From a virus (Duplodnaviria; Heunggongvirae; Uroviricota; Caudoviricetes), in IMG/VR virus record IMGVR_UViG_651053022_000004, positions 14,440 to 78,439 of that record: a stretch of 64,000 bases of DNA. The stretch is one strand, 5' to 3'. Under the pieces are notes generated by a model, which worked only from the letters and a program-made list of their open reading frames with translations, had not been told where the DNA came from and did no database searches. This document shows positions 21,651 through 30,936 of the stretch, piece after piece. Position numbers and translations under genes: made by a program. Each line of letters starts with the position of its first letter. The first letter of the stretch is position 1.

Positions 21651-23308
21651 TACCTGTATGGAGCACAGCCTGCCCGGACTGGGCAGAGCGCCTGAAAAAG
21701 GGGCTGTCGATTATTCCGGATCCGATTTATCCGGACGAGGCCGCACATGCCCTGGCGATTTTTAAACAACTGCGGATTGTGGATGCACCTGGTAGCCCTA
21801 CGTTCGGGGAGTCCTGTGCACCGTGGGTGTTTGACCTGGTGGCGGCCCTGTTTGGCTCCTACGATGCGCAGACCGGTGTACGCCATATCAAGGAAGTTTT
21901 TATCCTTATCCCCAAGAAAAACTCGAAGTCCACGCTGGCCGCGGGGATCATGATGACTGCACTGTTACTGAACTGGCGGCAGGCGGCGGGTTACACGATT
22001 CTGGCCCCGACTGTGGAGGTGGCGGCCAACGCCTTCAACCCTGCCCGGGATATGGTACGACGTGACGATGATCTGGATGACCTCTGCCAGGTACAGACCC
22101 ATATCCGGACCATCACCCACCGAGTGACGGACACCACCCTGAAGGTGGTGGCAGCCGATCCGAATACGGTGTCCGGTATCAAGTCCGTGGGTACGCTGAT
22201 TGATGAGTTGTGGCTGTTTGGCAAGCAGTGCAAGGCGGAGGACATGTTACGTGAAGCCATAGGCGGCCTTGCCTCCCGCCCGGAAGGGTTTGTGGTGTAT
22301 ACGACCACCCAGTCGAATGAACCGCCCGCCGGGGTGTTCAGACAGAAACTGCAGTACGCCCGGGATGTGCGCGACGGCAAAATTCATGATCCGCACTTTC
22401 TGCCGGTGATATTTGAACACCCTCCTGAAATGGTGGAAAGCGGGACTAACCTGCTGATGGAAAACCTCGCCATGGTCAATCCGAATCTCGGCTATTCAGT
22501 GGATGAGGCCTTTCTGTACCGGGAGTACCGTAAAGCCCGGGAAGCCGGTGAAGAGACATTCCGGGGGTTCATGTCAAAACACGCCAATGTGGAAATTGGT
22601 CTTGCCCTGCGCTCTGACCGCTGGGCGGGGGCTGATTTCTGGGAAGAGCAGGGCCGTTGTATCAGCCTGGACGATATCCTGCGTCGTGCTGATGTGGTGA
22701 CGGTGGGGATTGACGGCGGAGGGCTGGATGATCTGCTGGGGATGTATGTGATTGGGCGTGACCGGGAGACCCGCGAATGGCTGGGCTGGGGCCATGCCTG
22801 GGCGCATGAAACCGCGGTGGTCCGACGGAAGAGCGAGGCGTCCCGGTTTCAGGATCTTGTTGCCTGTGGAGATATGACCATTGTCCGGCGTGTCGGGGAT
22901 GACACGGCGGAAGTGGCGGAATATGTGCGTCGCATTCATGAGGCTGAGTTACTGGACCATATCGGTATTGACCCGTCAGGGGTGGGGCAGATTCTGGATT
23001 CACTGGCGGAAGCCGGGATCCCCGACGGAATTGTGGTGGGGATAAGCCAGGGCTGGAAACTGGGCGGGGCCATTAAAACCACCGAGCGCAAACTGGCTGA
23101 AGGGGTGCTGGTGCATGGTGACCAGCCCCTGATGGCCTGGTGTGTCGGCAATGCCCGGGTGGAGCCTAAAGGTAACGCCATTCTTATCACCAAACAGGCC
23201 AGTGGACGGGGAAAAATTGACCCGCTGATGGCGCTGTTCAATGCGGTCTCCCTGATGTCCCTTAACCCGGAACCGAAAAAGAAAGAATATGCGGTTTTTT
23301 TCATATAA
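21647..23308 (+). CDS. terminase large subunit
   Basis: 553 aa with P-loop-like FILIPKKNSKST and nuclease-domain acidic motifs; overlaps the TerS stop. Confidence 0.88.
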   Translation: MIPVWSTACPDWAERLKKGLSIIPDPIYPDEAAHALAIFKQLRIVDAPGSPTFGESCAPWVFDLVAALFGSYDAQTGVRHIKEVFILIPKKNSKSTLAAGIMMTALLLNWRQAAGYTILAPTVEVAANAFNPARDMVRRDDDLDDLCQVQTHIRTITHRVTDTTLKVVAADPNTVSGIKSVGTLIDELWLFGKQCKAEDMLREAIGGLASRPEGFVVYTTTQSNEPPAGVFRQKLQYARDVRDGKIHDPHFLPVIFEHPPEMVESGTNLLMENLAMVNPNLGYSVDEAFLYREYRKAREAGEETFRGFMSKHANVEIGLALRSDRWAGADFWEEQGRCISLDDILRRADVVTVGIDGGGLDDLLGMYVIGRDRETREWLGWGHAWAHETAVVRRKSEASRFQDLVACGDMTIVRRVGDDTAEVAEYVRRIHEAELLDHIGIDPSGVGQILDSLAEAGIPDGIVVGISQGWKLGGAIKTTERKLAEGVLVHGDQPLMAWCVGNARVEPKGNAILITKQASGRGKIDPLMALFNAVSLMSLNPEPKKKEYAVFFI

Positions 23309-23371
23309 CCCTGTTCACACTGTAACCATCACGAACCGCTCCGGCGGTTTTTTTATTTTCAGGAGGCTGAT

Positions 23372-25309
23372 GTGACTCTTAAACGGGCCTGTTCCCTGCT
23401 GACGGTGAAATCCTTCAGTGAGGATGAACGGGTGATCACCGGGATTGCGTCAACGCCTTCTCCGGATCGGGATGGTGACATCCTGGAGCCGGAGGGCGCG
23501 GAGTTTGGCAGTGCGATCCCGTTTCTCTGGCAGCATGACCATTCCCGCCCGGTGGGGCAGTGTACGGTGCGCCGGGTCAGCGAAGGGCTGGAAATCACGG
23601 CAACACTGGTGAAGCCCGTACCGGATATGCCGTCGCAACTGGCTGCCCGGCTGGATGAGGTCTGGGCGGCCATTAAGACCGGGCTGGTCAGGGGGCTGTC
23701 CGTGGGCTTCCGTCCCCATGAATACACCTTTCTGGACGGAGGCGGACTGCATTTTCTGCGCTGGGAACTGATGGAGGTGTCTGCCGTCACCGTGCCCGCG
23801 AATGCGGAATGCACCATCCGGACCATTAAATCTTACGACCGCCCGTTTTCTGCCGCGTCCGGCAACCGGAAACCGGTGGTGAAAATCGCATCTTCTGCCG
23901 GCGCTGCGGCACAGTCAACAACCGTTTTTCATAAGGAAAAGACCATAATGAATATTGGCGAACAGATTAAAAGTTTTGAAAACAAGCGTGCAGCGCTGGC
24001 AGCCTCCCTTGAGGAGGTCATGACCAAAGCCGCAGAGGAAGGGCGCACGCTGGATGTGGAGGAGGAAGAGCATTACGACAACACCGCAGCGGAAATCCGT
24101 CAGGTGGATGCGCACCTGAAGCGCCTGCGTGAACTGGAAGCCGGTAAGGCCGCCACGGCGCAGCCGGTGAAACAGGCCGGTAACGGGAATGTGGCCGCGG
24201 TGGCTTCTGCGCCGGTGATCCGTGTGGAGCAGAAACTGGATAAGGGGATTGGCTTCGCCCGCTTTGCCAAATCGCTGGCTGCGGCTAAAGGCGTCCGATC
24301 TGAAGCCCTGGAAGTGGCCCGTCGTCAGTATCCGGATGACAGTCGTCTGCATCATGTCCTGAAATCGGCAGTGGGCGCGGGGACCACCACGGATCCGCAG
24401 TGGGCAGGCAGCCTGTCTGAATATCAGGAATACGCACAGGACTTTATTGATTACCTGCGTCCGCAGACCATTATCGGGCGATTTGGTCAGGGCGGGATCC
24501 CTGCACTTCGTCAGGTGCCATTCAATATCCGTGTGCACGCCCAGGTGTCCGGCGGTGCTGCCGGCTGGGTGGGTGAGGGTAAGGCAAAACCCCTGACGAA
24601 GTTTGATTTTGAATCCATCACCTTCAGTCATGCGAAGGTGTCGGCCATTGCGGTACTGACGGAAGAATTGATCCGTTTTTCCAGTCCGGCTGCTGATGCA
24701 CTGGTCCGTAATGCGCTGGCGGAAGCGGTGGTGGCGCGTCTGGATACAGACTTTGTGGACCCGAAAAAAGCCGCAGTGGCAGATGTCTCCCCGGCGTCCA
24801 TCACCCATGATGTGAAGGGCACGGCATCAACCGGTAACCCGGATGCGGATGCAGAGGCTGCGTTTGGACAGTTTGTGGCAGCAAACCTGCAGCCCACCGG
24901 TGCGGTCTGGCTGATGTCCAGCACCAATGCCCTGGCACTGTCCATGCGTAAAAATGCGCTGGGTCAGAAGGAATACCCGGACATGACCCTGCTGGGTGGC
25001 TCCTTCCAGGGGCTGCCGGTGATTGTCTCCCAGTACGTGGGTGACCAGCTGGTGCTGGTGAATGCCCCGGATATTTATCTGGCGGATGACGGCGGCGTGG
25101 CAGTGGATATGTCCCGCGAGGCATCACTGGAAATGCAGTCTGAGCCGACCGGCGACAGTACCACGCCGTCCCCGGTGGAGCTGGTTTCCATGTTCCAGAC
25201 AGGCAGCGTGGCCATCCGTGCGGAGCGCTGGATCAACTGGCGTCGTCGCCGTACTGCGGCGGTGGCGGTGATCACCGGAGTGAACTACGGCAGTGCGTCC
25301 GGCGGCTGA
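23372..25309 (+). CDS. prohead protease - scaffold (delta) - major capsid protein fusion, HK97 fold
   Basis: 645 aa; N-terminal S78-like protease region (ITGIASTPSPDRDGDILEP...LWQHD), central coiled-coil region, C-terminal HK97-type capsid region; GTG start after AGGAGG. Confidence 0.8.
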   Translation: MTLKRACSLLTVKSFSEDERVITGIASTPSPDRDGDILEPEGAEFGSAIPFLWQHDHSRPVGQCTVRRVSEGLEITATLVKPVPDMPSQLAARLDEVWAAIKTGLVRGLSVGFRPHEYTFLDGGGLHFLRWELMEVSAVTVPANAECTIRTIKSYDRPFSAASGNRKPVVKIASSAGAAAQSTTVFHKEKTIMNIGEQIKSFENKRAALAASLEEVMTKAAEEGRTLDVEEEEHYDNTAAEIRQVDAHLKRLRELEAGKAATAQPVKQAGNGNVAAVASAPVIRVEQKLDKGIGFARFAKSLAAAKGVRSEALEVARRQYPDDSRLHHVLKSAVGAGTTTDPQWAGSLSEYQEYAQDFIDYLRPQTIIGRFGQGGIPALRQVPFNIRVHAQVSGGAAGWVGEGKAKPLTKFDFESITFSHAKVSAIAVLTEELIRFSSPAADALVRNALAEAVVARLDTDFVDPKKAAVADVSPASITHDVKGTASTGNPDADAEAAFGQFVAANLQPTGAVWLMSSTNALALSMRKNALGQKEYPDMTLLGGSFQGLPVIVSQYVGDQLVLVNAPDIYLADDGGVAVDMSREASLEMQSEPTGDSTTPSPVELVSMFQTGSVAIRAERWINWRRRRTAAVAVITGVNYGSASGG

Positions 25310-25520
25310 GTCTGATAAGGAGGACGGGAGGCGTGCGCCTCCCGTAACAGGTTATGGCAAAGATCCGATATCTGCAGGGCACGCATGATGCCCGGGCCGG
25401 GGATATCCGTGATGTGGCACAGCCGTGTGCGGAGGTGCTGGTTCGCCTGGGAAAGGCGGAGTACATCACGGTGCGACGTCCGGCAGGTCAGAAAAAGAAA
25501 CGTGATGCGGAGCATGGCGA

Positions 25521-27197
25521 ATGTGGAACCTTTTACGGCGAACCCGAAAAAACCAGAAATCAGGACGTGACGTAAGAGAGGCGGGCTGGACCAGCCTGTT
25601 TCAGGCGGTGGCTGAGCCCTTTTCCGGCGCCTGGCAGCAGGGCGTGAAAGCCGATCCTGAAGCCGTCCTCTCCTTTCATGCGGTGTTTGCATGTATTTCG
25701 CTGATATCCCGGGATATCGCCAAAATGCGGCTGCGTCTTATGCAGACGGATGCGCATGGGATACGCAGGGAAACGCGCCGGGGGGATATTGCCCGCCTCT
25801 GTCGTCGTCCCAACGCCCAGCAGAACCGCATCCAGTTTTTTGAACTGTGGCTGAACGCCAAACTGCGTCATGGCAATACGGTGGTGCTGAAAATCCGTAA
25901 TGCCCGGGGGCAGATCAAAGAACTGCGTATTCTGGACTGGAGCCGGGTTGAACCTCTGGTGGCGGATGACGGCGAGGTGTTCTACCGCATCACGCCGGAC
26001 CGGAACTGCGGGATCACGGAGGCGGTGACGGTGCCTGCCCGGGAAGTGATCCACGACCGGTTTAACTGTTTTTTTCATCCGCTTATAGGATTGCCGCCGG
26101 TGTATGCCGCCGGGCTGGCGGCCACGCAGGGGCATCATATTCAGGAAAATTCGACGTCTTTTTTCAGAAATGGCGGCAGGCCGTCCGGGGTGATTGAGAT
26201 CCCCGGCAGTATTACGGAAGAAAATGCGAAAAAACTGAAGAGCAACTGGGACAGCGGGTATACAGGCGAAAATGCGGGGAAAACGGCCATTCTGAGCAAC
26301 GGGGCAAAATACAACCCCACGACGTTTTCACCTGTGGATGCGCAGACGGTGGAACAACTGAAGATGACCGCTGAAATTGTCTGTTCGGTGTTCCGTGTCC
26401 CGGCCTACAAGATTGGCGTGGGACAACCGCCTTCCAGTGACAACGTGGAGGCGCTGGAGCAGCAGTATTATTCCCAGTGCCTGCAGACGCTGATTGAGTC
26501 CATTGAACTGTTACTGGATGAGGCGCTGGAAACGGGGGAAAACGAGAGTACAGAATTTGATGTCACCACGCTGCTGAGAATGGACAGTGAGCGGCGCATG
26601 AAAACGCTGGGGGATGCGGTGAAAAATACGCTTCTCACGCCCAATGAGGCCCGTAAACGGGAGAACCTGCCGCCCCTGGCCGGCGGTGATGCACTGTATC
26701 TTCAGCAGCAGAACTACAGTCTGGAGGCGCTGTCCCGTCGTGATGCCCGTGAGGATCCGTTCGCGTCTGCCGGGAAAACAGTTTCATCACAGCTGCCTGA
26801 CGGCGCATCTGACGGTAATAAGGCAATCAGTGAAACAGAGCATGATGCGGTGAAAGCGATGTTCAGGGGGGATACTGAGAAAATGACGGAACGGGAACTG
26901 TCCATTATTCGTGCACTGGGAGAAGAATTCTCCACAGTGCTGGCGGATTTACAGCGCACATTTGAGGGGAAGATGGCCTCGCAGGCACAAGCGTTTGAAG
27001 AGAAACTGACTTCCCTGTCGGCGGTATTACAGAAGCATGTGACGGTGGATGAGGTGCGTCCGGTTCTGCAGGCGATGGTGGATGACGCTGTGGGGGCCAT
27101 TCCGGTACCGCGTGATGGTCGTGATTATGATCCGGATGTACTGCAGCATGGTGAAGGAGGCTGTAAGCCATATCCCTGTTCCGCGCGACGGTCGTGA
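25521..27197 (+). CDS. portal protein (HK97 family) with C-terminal repeat extension; frame breaks inside the repeat array
   Basis: 558 aa; core is alignable by eye to the module-3 portal (FRNGGRPSGVIEIPG vs FFNGNARPAGIISVKN, PVDAQ motif); the C-terminal IPVPRDGRDYDPDV repeats continue in another frame (27049 ORF). Confidence 0.75.
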   Translation: MWNLLRRTRKNQKSGRDVREAGWTSLFQAVAEPFSGAWQQGVKADPEAVLSFHAVFACISLISRDIAKMRLRLMQTDAHGIRRETRRGDIARLCRRPNAQQNRIQFFELWLNAKLRHGNTVVLKIRNARGQIKELRILDWSRVEPLVADDGEVFYRITPDRNCGITEAVTVPAREVIHDRFNCFFHPLIGLPPVYAAGLAATQGHHIQENSTSFFRNGGRPSGVIEIPGSITEENAKKLKSNWDSGYTGENAGKTAILSNGAKYNPTTFSPVDAQTVEQLKMTAEIVCSVFRVPAYKIGVGQPPSSDNVEALEQQYYSQCLQTLIESIELLLDEALETGENESTEFDVTTLLRMDSERRMKTLGDAVKNTLLTPNEARKRENLPPLAGGDALYLQQQNYSLEALSRRDAREDPFASAGKTVSSQLPDGASDGNKAISETEHDAVKAMFRGDTEKMTERELSIIRALGEEFSTVLADLQRTFEGKMASQAQAFEEKLTSLSAVLQKHVTVDEVRPVLQAMVDDAVGAIPVPRDGRDYDPDVLQHGEGGCKPYPCSARRS

Positions 27198-27480
27198 CTA
27201 TGATCCCGATGTTCTGCAGAAGGCGGTGAATGATGCGGTCGCAAATATTCCGCAGCCGGCGGACGGTAAAAGTCTCACCCCGGATGATGTGCGTCCGATG
27301 CTTGAACAGATGGTGAAGGAGGCTGTAAGCCATATCCCTGTTCCGCGTGATGGTCGTGACTACGATCCGGAAGTAGATGTGCGTCCGATGCTTGAACAGA
27401 TGGTGAAGGAGGCGGTAAGCCATATTCATGTTCCGCGTGATGGTCGTGACTACGATCCGGATGTTCTGCAGAAGGCGGTT
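27040..27480 (+). repeat. coding tandem repeat array (unit ~90 bp, motif IPVPRDGRDYDP[DE]V x4)
   Basis: gatgtgcgtccgatgcttgaacagatggtgaaggaggc...ccgcgtgatggtcgtgactacgatccgga repeated with period 90 bp (27286 and 27376) plus degenerate copies from 27049. Confidence 0.85.
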
Positions 27481-27945
27481 CTGGATGCGGTGAGTGCCCT
27501 GCCGGCTCCGCAGGACGGGCGTGATGCCACGGCTCTGGAAATACTCCCCGCCATTGACGATCAAAAATCCTTTCCCCGGGGCACGTATGCCACACACCAG
27601 GGCGGACTCTGGCGGGCGTATGAAAAAACGCACGGGATGCGGGGATGGGAATGCCTGGTTGACGGGGTGGCGGATATTGACGTCAGCATGACGGGTGAGC
27701 GGTTGTTCTCTGTGGTGGTCCGGCAGAGCAGTGGCCAGCGTACGGAAAAAACATTTTCCCTGCCGGTGATGCTCTACCGCGGTGTGTTCAGAGCCGGTGA
27801 AACCTACCACCCCGGCGATACGGTGACGTGGGGGGGCTCGCTGTGGCACTGCAACAGTATGACCGAAGATAAACCCGGAGAAGCTCATTCATCAGCCTGG
27901 ACCCTGGCTGCAAAACGTGGGCGGGATGCAGGAGGCGGAAAATGA
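27049..27945 (+). CDS. repeat-containing head protein; either a separate gene or the frameshifted continuation of the portal
   Basis: 298-aa ORF in the +1 frame relative to the portal; N-terminal third consists of the same repeats; C-terminal ~190 aa unique. Confidence 0.45.
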   Translation: MRCVRFCRRWWMTLWGPFRYRVMVVIMIRMYCSMVKEAVSHIPVPRDGRDYDPDVLQKAVNDAVANIPQPADGKSLTPDDVRPMLEQMVKEAVSHIPVPRDGRDYDPEVDVRPMLEQMVKEAVSHIHVPRDGRDYDPDVLQKAVLDAVSALPAPQDGRDATALEILPAIDDQKSFPRGTYATHQGGLWRAYEKTHGMRGWECLVDGVADIDVSMTGERLFSVVVRQSSGQRTEKTFSLPVMLYRGVFRAGETYHPGDTVTWGGSLWHCNSMTEDKPGEAHSSAWTLAAKRGRDAGGGK

Positions 27946-28268
27946 CGGCATTACTGACACTGGAAGAGATCAAGGCACATCTGCGTGTCGACCATGACGC
28001 GGATGATGACATGCTGATGGACAAGGTTCGTCAGGCTACCGCCGTGCTGCTGGCCTACATTCAGGGCAGCCGGGATAAAGTGATCCGTGAGGACGGTGAA
28101 CTGATCCCGGGCGAGGCATTAACCCGGATGAAGGGGGCTGCCATGCGACTGACCGGGATGCTGTACCGGAATCCGGATCTTGCGGAGCGGGAAGAACTGC
28201 TTCAGGGGGAGCTGCCGTTTTCTGTTTCCGTGCTGATTTACGATTTGCGTTGTCCGACGGTGTTATGA
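27942..28268 (+). CDS. head-tail connector protein (gp6-like)
   Basis: 108 aa; position after the head genes; weak similarity to the module-3 connector (45557). Confidence 0.65.
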   Translation: MTALLTLEEIKAHLRVDHDADDDMLMDKVRQATAVLLAYIQGSRDKVIREDGELIPGEALTRMKGAAMRLTGMLYRNPDLAEREELLQGELPFSVSVLIYDLRCPTVL

Positions 28269-28277
28269 GGAGGGGGA

Positions 28278-28628
28278 ATGGCAATATCTGCAGGTCGTCT
28301 GACACAGATGATAAGTGTTCTGAACCCGGTGTTAACCCGTAACGCTGCCGGAGAAATGACGGAAGAATGGGTGTCATGCGGGAAAATTCATGCGGATATC
28401 CGAGGCAGGAGCAGCCGGGAGCGGATGCAGTCCGGTGCGGAAATGGCGCAGGCGGAAATCCGCATCTGGGTGCGCGGTCAGTCCGGTCGGGAAATCACGG
28501 CAGCGTCACGACTTCATGTGCTGAGTGGTCCATGGCGTGACCGGATCCTGAACGTTGTCGGGCTGCCCGTGCCGGATGCGACCGGCGGGCGTCTGGAAAT
28601 TCTCTGTCGGCTGGGAGGGGAAAAATGA
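28278..28628 (+). CDS. head closure / head-tail adaptor protein
   Basis: 116 aa; paralogous to 45883..46221 (shared ...RLEILC.L.G C-terminus); RBS GAGGGGG. Confidence 0.7.
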   Translation: MAISAGRLTQMISVLNPVLTRNAAGEMTEEWVSCGKIHADIRGRSSRERMQSGAEMAQAEIRIWVRGQSGREITAASRLHVLSGPWRDRILNVVGLPVPDATGGRLEILCRLGGEK

Positions 28629-29071
28629 TCGAAACCCTGCTGGATTTTTCGGGGCTGGAGGACATCAGCCGCGATTTGCAGCTTCTGAGTGGTGCGGAAA
28701 ATAACCGGGTGCTGCGTGAGGCAACCCGTGCGGGTGCGAATGTGCTGAAAGAAGAAGTGGTGTCACGGGCACCGGTACGCAGGGGAAAACTGCGCCGCAA
28801 TGTGGTGGTCCTTTCCCGGCGCTCCCGCGATGGCGGGATGGAATCCGGTGTCCATATCCGTGGTGTTAATCCGGACACCGGTAACAGCGATAACACCATG
28901 AAGGCGGATAACCCGCGCAATGCTTTCTACTGGCGGTTTGTGGAAATGGGGACCGTGAATATGCCACCGCACCCGTTTGTGCGCCCGGCGTTTGATGTGC
29001 GCAGTGAACAGGCAGCTCAGGTGGCGATTGCGCGGATGAACCGGGCCATTGATGAGGTACTGAGACGATGA
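28625..29071 (+). CDS. HK97 gp10-family tail component
   Basis: 148 aa; about 70% identical to 46218..46667 (NRVLREATRAGANVLKEEVVSRAP vs NKVLRDATRAGAEVMRDAVVERAP). Confidence 0.72.
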   Translation: MIETLLDFSGLEDISRDLQLLSGAENNRVLREATRAGANVLKEEVVSRAPVRRGKLRRNVVVLSRRSRDGGMESGVHIRGVNPDTGNSDNTMKADNPRNAFYWRFVEMGTVNMPPHPFVRPAFDVRSEQAAQVAIARMNRAIDEVLRR

Positions 29072-29412
29072 CGGAGGCGGATTTGTATCCTCATCTGGCG
29101 CATCTTGCCGGCGGGCAGGTGTACCCGTATGTGGTCCCCCTGCTGGATGGCAGGCCGTCGGTGGCGCTTCCGTGGGTGGTTTTCAGCCTGATTTCATCGG
29201 TGTCTGCGGACGTGATGGGCGGGCAGGCGGAGTCCTCAGTGTCGGTGCAGATAGACGTTTATGCCGGGACTGTGACGCAGGCGCGTCAGATACGTCAGGA
29301 CGCCCGTGAAGCCATAATGCTGCTGGCCCCGGGATCCGTCAGTGAAATGCAGGACTATATTCCGGAAAACCGCTGTTACCGTGCAACCCTGGAGTTTCAG
29401 GTCACGGTGTGA
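29068..29412 (+). CDS. DUF3168-like tail completion protein
   Basis: 114 aa; paralogous to 46664..47008 (LAGGQVYPYVVPL...LEFQV). Confidence 0.7.
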   Translation: MTEADLYPHLAHLAGGQVYPYVVPLLDGRPSVALPWVVFSLISSVSADVMGGQAESSVSVQIDVYAGTVTQARQIRQDAREAIMLLAPGSVSEMQDYIPENRCYRATLEFQVTV

Positions 29413-29441
29413 CTTTTTCTTTTTTTCTACAAAACCCATAC

Positions 29442-29463
29442 CCCGCCGCGTGCGGGTTTTTTA
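29442..29463 (+). terminator. hairpin cccgc-cgcgt-gcggg plus T-run immediately upstream of the major tail gene
   Basis: Read directly from the sequence; the same structure sits at the equivalent position in module 3 (47040-47061). Confidence 0.5.
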
Positions 29464-29478
29464 TTATCAGGAGGCAGA

Positions 29479-30195
29479 ATGTCTGCTTTGTATGAACGCT
29501 CACAGCTGACGCAGGTGATGATTTCATCTGCCCCGGCGACTGCTGAAACTATGGATAAGGCGGAATATCTGCGCCTGGACTGCACCATCAAGGAAGTCCA
29601 GTTCACCGCTGGTCAGAAACAGGATATTGATGTGACCACGCTCTGCTCCACCGAGCAGGAGAACATCAACGGTCTGGGGGCGTCGTCTGAGATTTCCATG
29701 TCGGGTAATTTTTATCTGAATCAGGCCCAGAACGCCCTGCGTGATGCCTATGACAATGACGCGTTGTATGCGTTTAAGGTGCTGTTTCCGTCCGGTAAGG
29801 GCTTTAAGTTCCTGGCGGAAGTGCGTCAGCACACCTGGTCATCCGGTACCAACGGCGTGGTGGCAGCAACGTTTTCACTGCGTATGAAAGGCAAACCGGT
29901 GTCCTTTGTGGTACCGCTGGCGTTTGTGAAAAATCTGGATAAAACACTTACCGTGAATACAGGTGCGCTGCTGACAATGTCAGTCAGTGCCAACGGGGGA
30001 ACGCCGCCGTATAAATACGCCTGGAAGAAGGATGGTCAGCCGGTTGACGGGCAGACGACAGACACCTTCAGTAAGCCAGGTGCGCAGTCCGCTGATGCGG
30101 GGAAATATACCTGCGTGGTGACCGATTCGGCAGAGAAAGCACAGAGTGTGACGTCTGTTGAATGCACCGTGACAGTGAGCGCAGCCGCCGGATAA
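29479..30195 (+). CDS. major tail tube protein with C-terminal Ig-like domain
   Basis: 238 aa; about 85% identical to 47069..47773; C-terminal GGTPPYKYAWKKDGQPV Ig-like motif; RBS CAGGAGG. Confidence 0.8.
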   Translation: MSALYERSQLTQVMISSAPATAETMDKAEYLRLDCTIKEVQFTAGQKQDIDVTTLCSTEQENINGLGASSEISMSGNFYLNQAQNALRDAYDNDALYAFKVLFPSGKGFKFLAEVRQHTWSSGTNGVVAATFSLRMKGKPVSFVVPLAFVKNLDKTLTVNTGALLTMSVSANGGTPPYKYAWKKDGQPVDGQTTDTFSKPGAQSADAGKYTCVVTDSAEKAQSVTSVECTVTVSAAAG

Positions 30196-30209
30196 GGGGA
30201 TGGGTCATC

Positions 30210-30584
30210 ATGAAAAAGGATCTGAAAACGCTGGCGCTGGCCAGACTGTCAGGGTTTCGTCATAAAACGGTGAAGGTGCCGGAATGGGGTAATGTCAGCG
30301 TGGTGCTGCGGGAGCCTTCGGCAGAGGCCTGGTATCTGTGGCAGGAAGTGCTCAATGGTGATGGAGAGGATGACGATACCCTGTCGGTGGTGGCGAAAAC
30401 CCGCCGTAACCTAGAAGCGGATGTGACGCTGTTCTGCGATGTCCTGTGTGATACGGATCTGCAGCGGGTGTTCGCTCCGGACGACCGTGAGCAGGTGCTG
30501 GCCGTCTATGGTCCGGTACATGCCCGGTTGCTGCGTCAGGCACTGGAACTGATCGCTGATGCAGAGTCGGCCAGAAAAAAGTAG
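30210..30584 (+). CDS. tail assembly chaperone (G-like)
   Basis: 124 aa from ATG 30210; paralogous to 47788..48159; ends at slippery A AAA AAG. Confidence 0.75.
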   Translation: MKKDLKTLALARLSGFRHKTVKVPEWGNVSVVLREPSAEAWYLWQEVLNGDGEDDDTLSVVAKTRRNLEADVTLFCDVLCDTDLQRVFAPDDREQVLAVYGPVHARLLRQALELIADAESARKK

Positions 30585-30607
30585 CCCGCCCGGAAATTCG
30601 CTTTCTG

Positions 30608-30889
30608 ATGCGACTTGCGCTCCGTCTGGGGCGCACCTTATCCGAACTGCGGCACAGCCTGAGTGTGAGCGAGGCGATGATGTGGATGGAGTTCGACAGG
30701 GTATCCCCGCTGGGTGATGAGCGCGGGGATATCCGTAATGCACAGATCGTGAAAGCGGTTTTTGGGGCACAGGGGATGAATGTTGCACTGAAGGACGCCA
30801 TGCTCTGCTGGGGCGAGGATGAGGATAAGCCGGAGGTGGATCCGTTTGCGGCGCTGGAAGACGCGCTGAGCTTCGCAGCACAGTCATGA
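30608..30889 (+). CDS. tail assembly protein T-like segment, reached by -1 frameshift from the chaperone gene
   Basis: Slippery heptamer A AAA AAG at 30575-30581; the -1 frame continues VARPEIRFLMRLALRLGRTLSELRH...; paralog at 48171. Confidence 0.7.
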   Translation: MRLALRLGRTLSELRHSLSVSEAMMWMEFDRVSPLGDERGDIRNAQIVKAVFGAQGMNVALKDAMLCWGEDEDKPEVDPFAALEDALSFAAQS

Positions 30890-30936
30890 ATGATGAGAAC
30901 CGCTGAGGCGGTTTTTTTACGCCCGGAGAAAGGTGA

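Noticed and set aside
25354-25575. 73-aa ORF between the capsid fusion gene and the portal
   Set aside because: Weak RBS and no recognisable motifs; left uncalled.
27040-27480. Possible CRISPR array suggested by regularly spaced repeats
   Set aside because: The repeats are in-frame coding units of about 90 bp with no unique spacers between them and lie inside a portal gene; the same applies to the stf repeats at 61400-62100.
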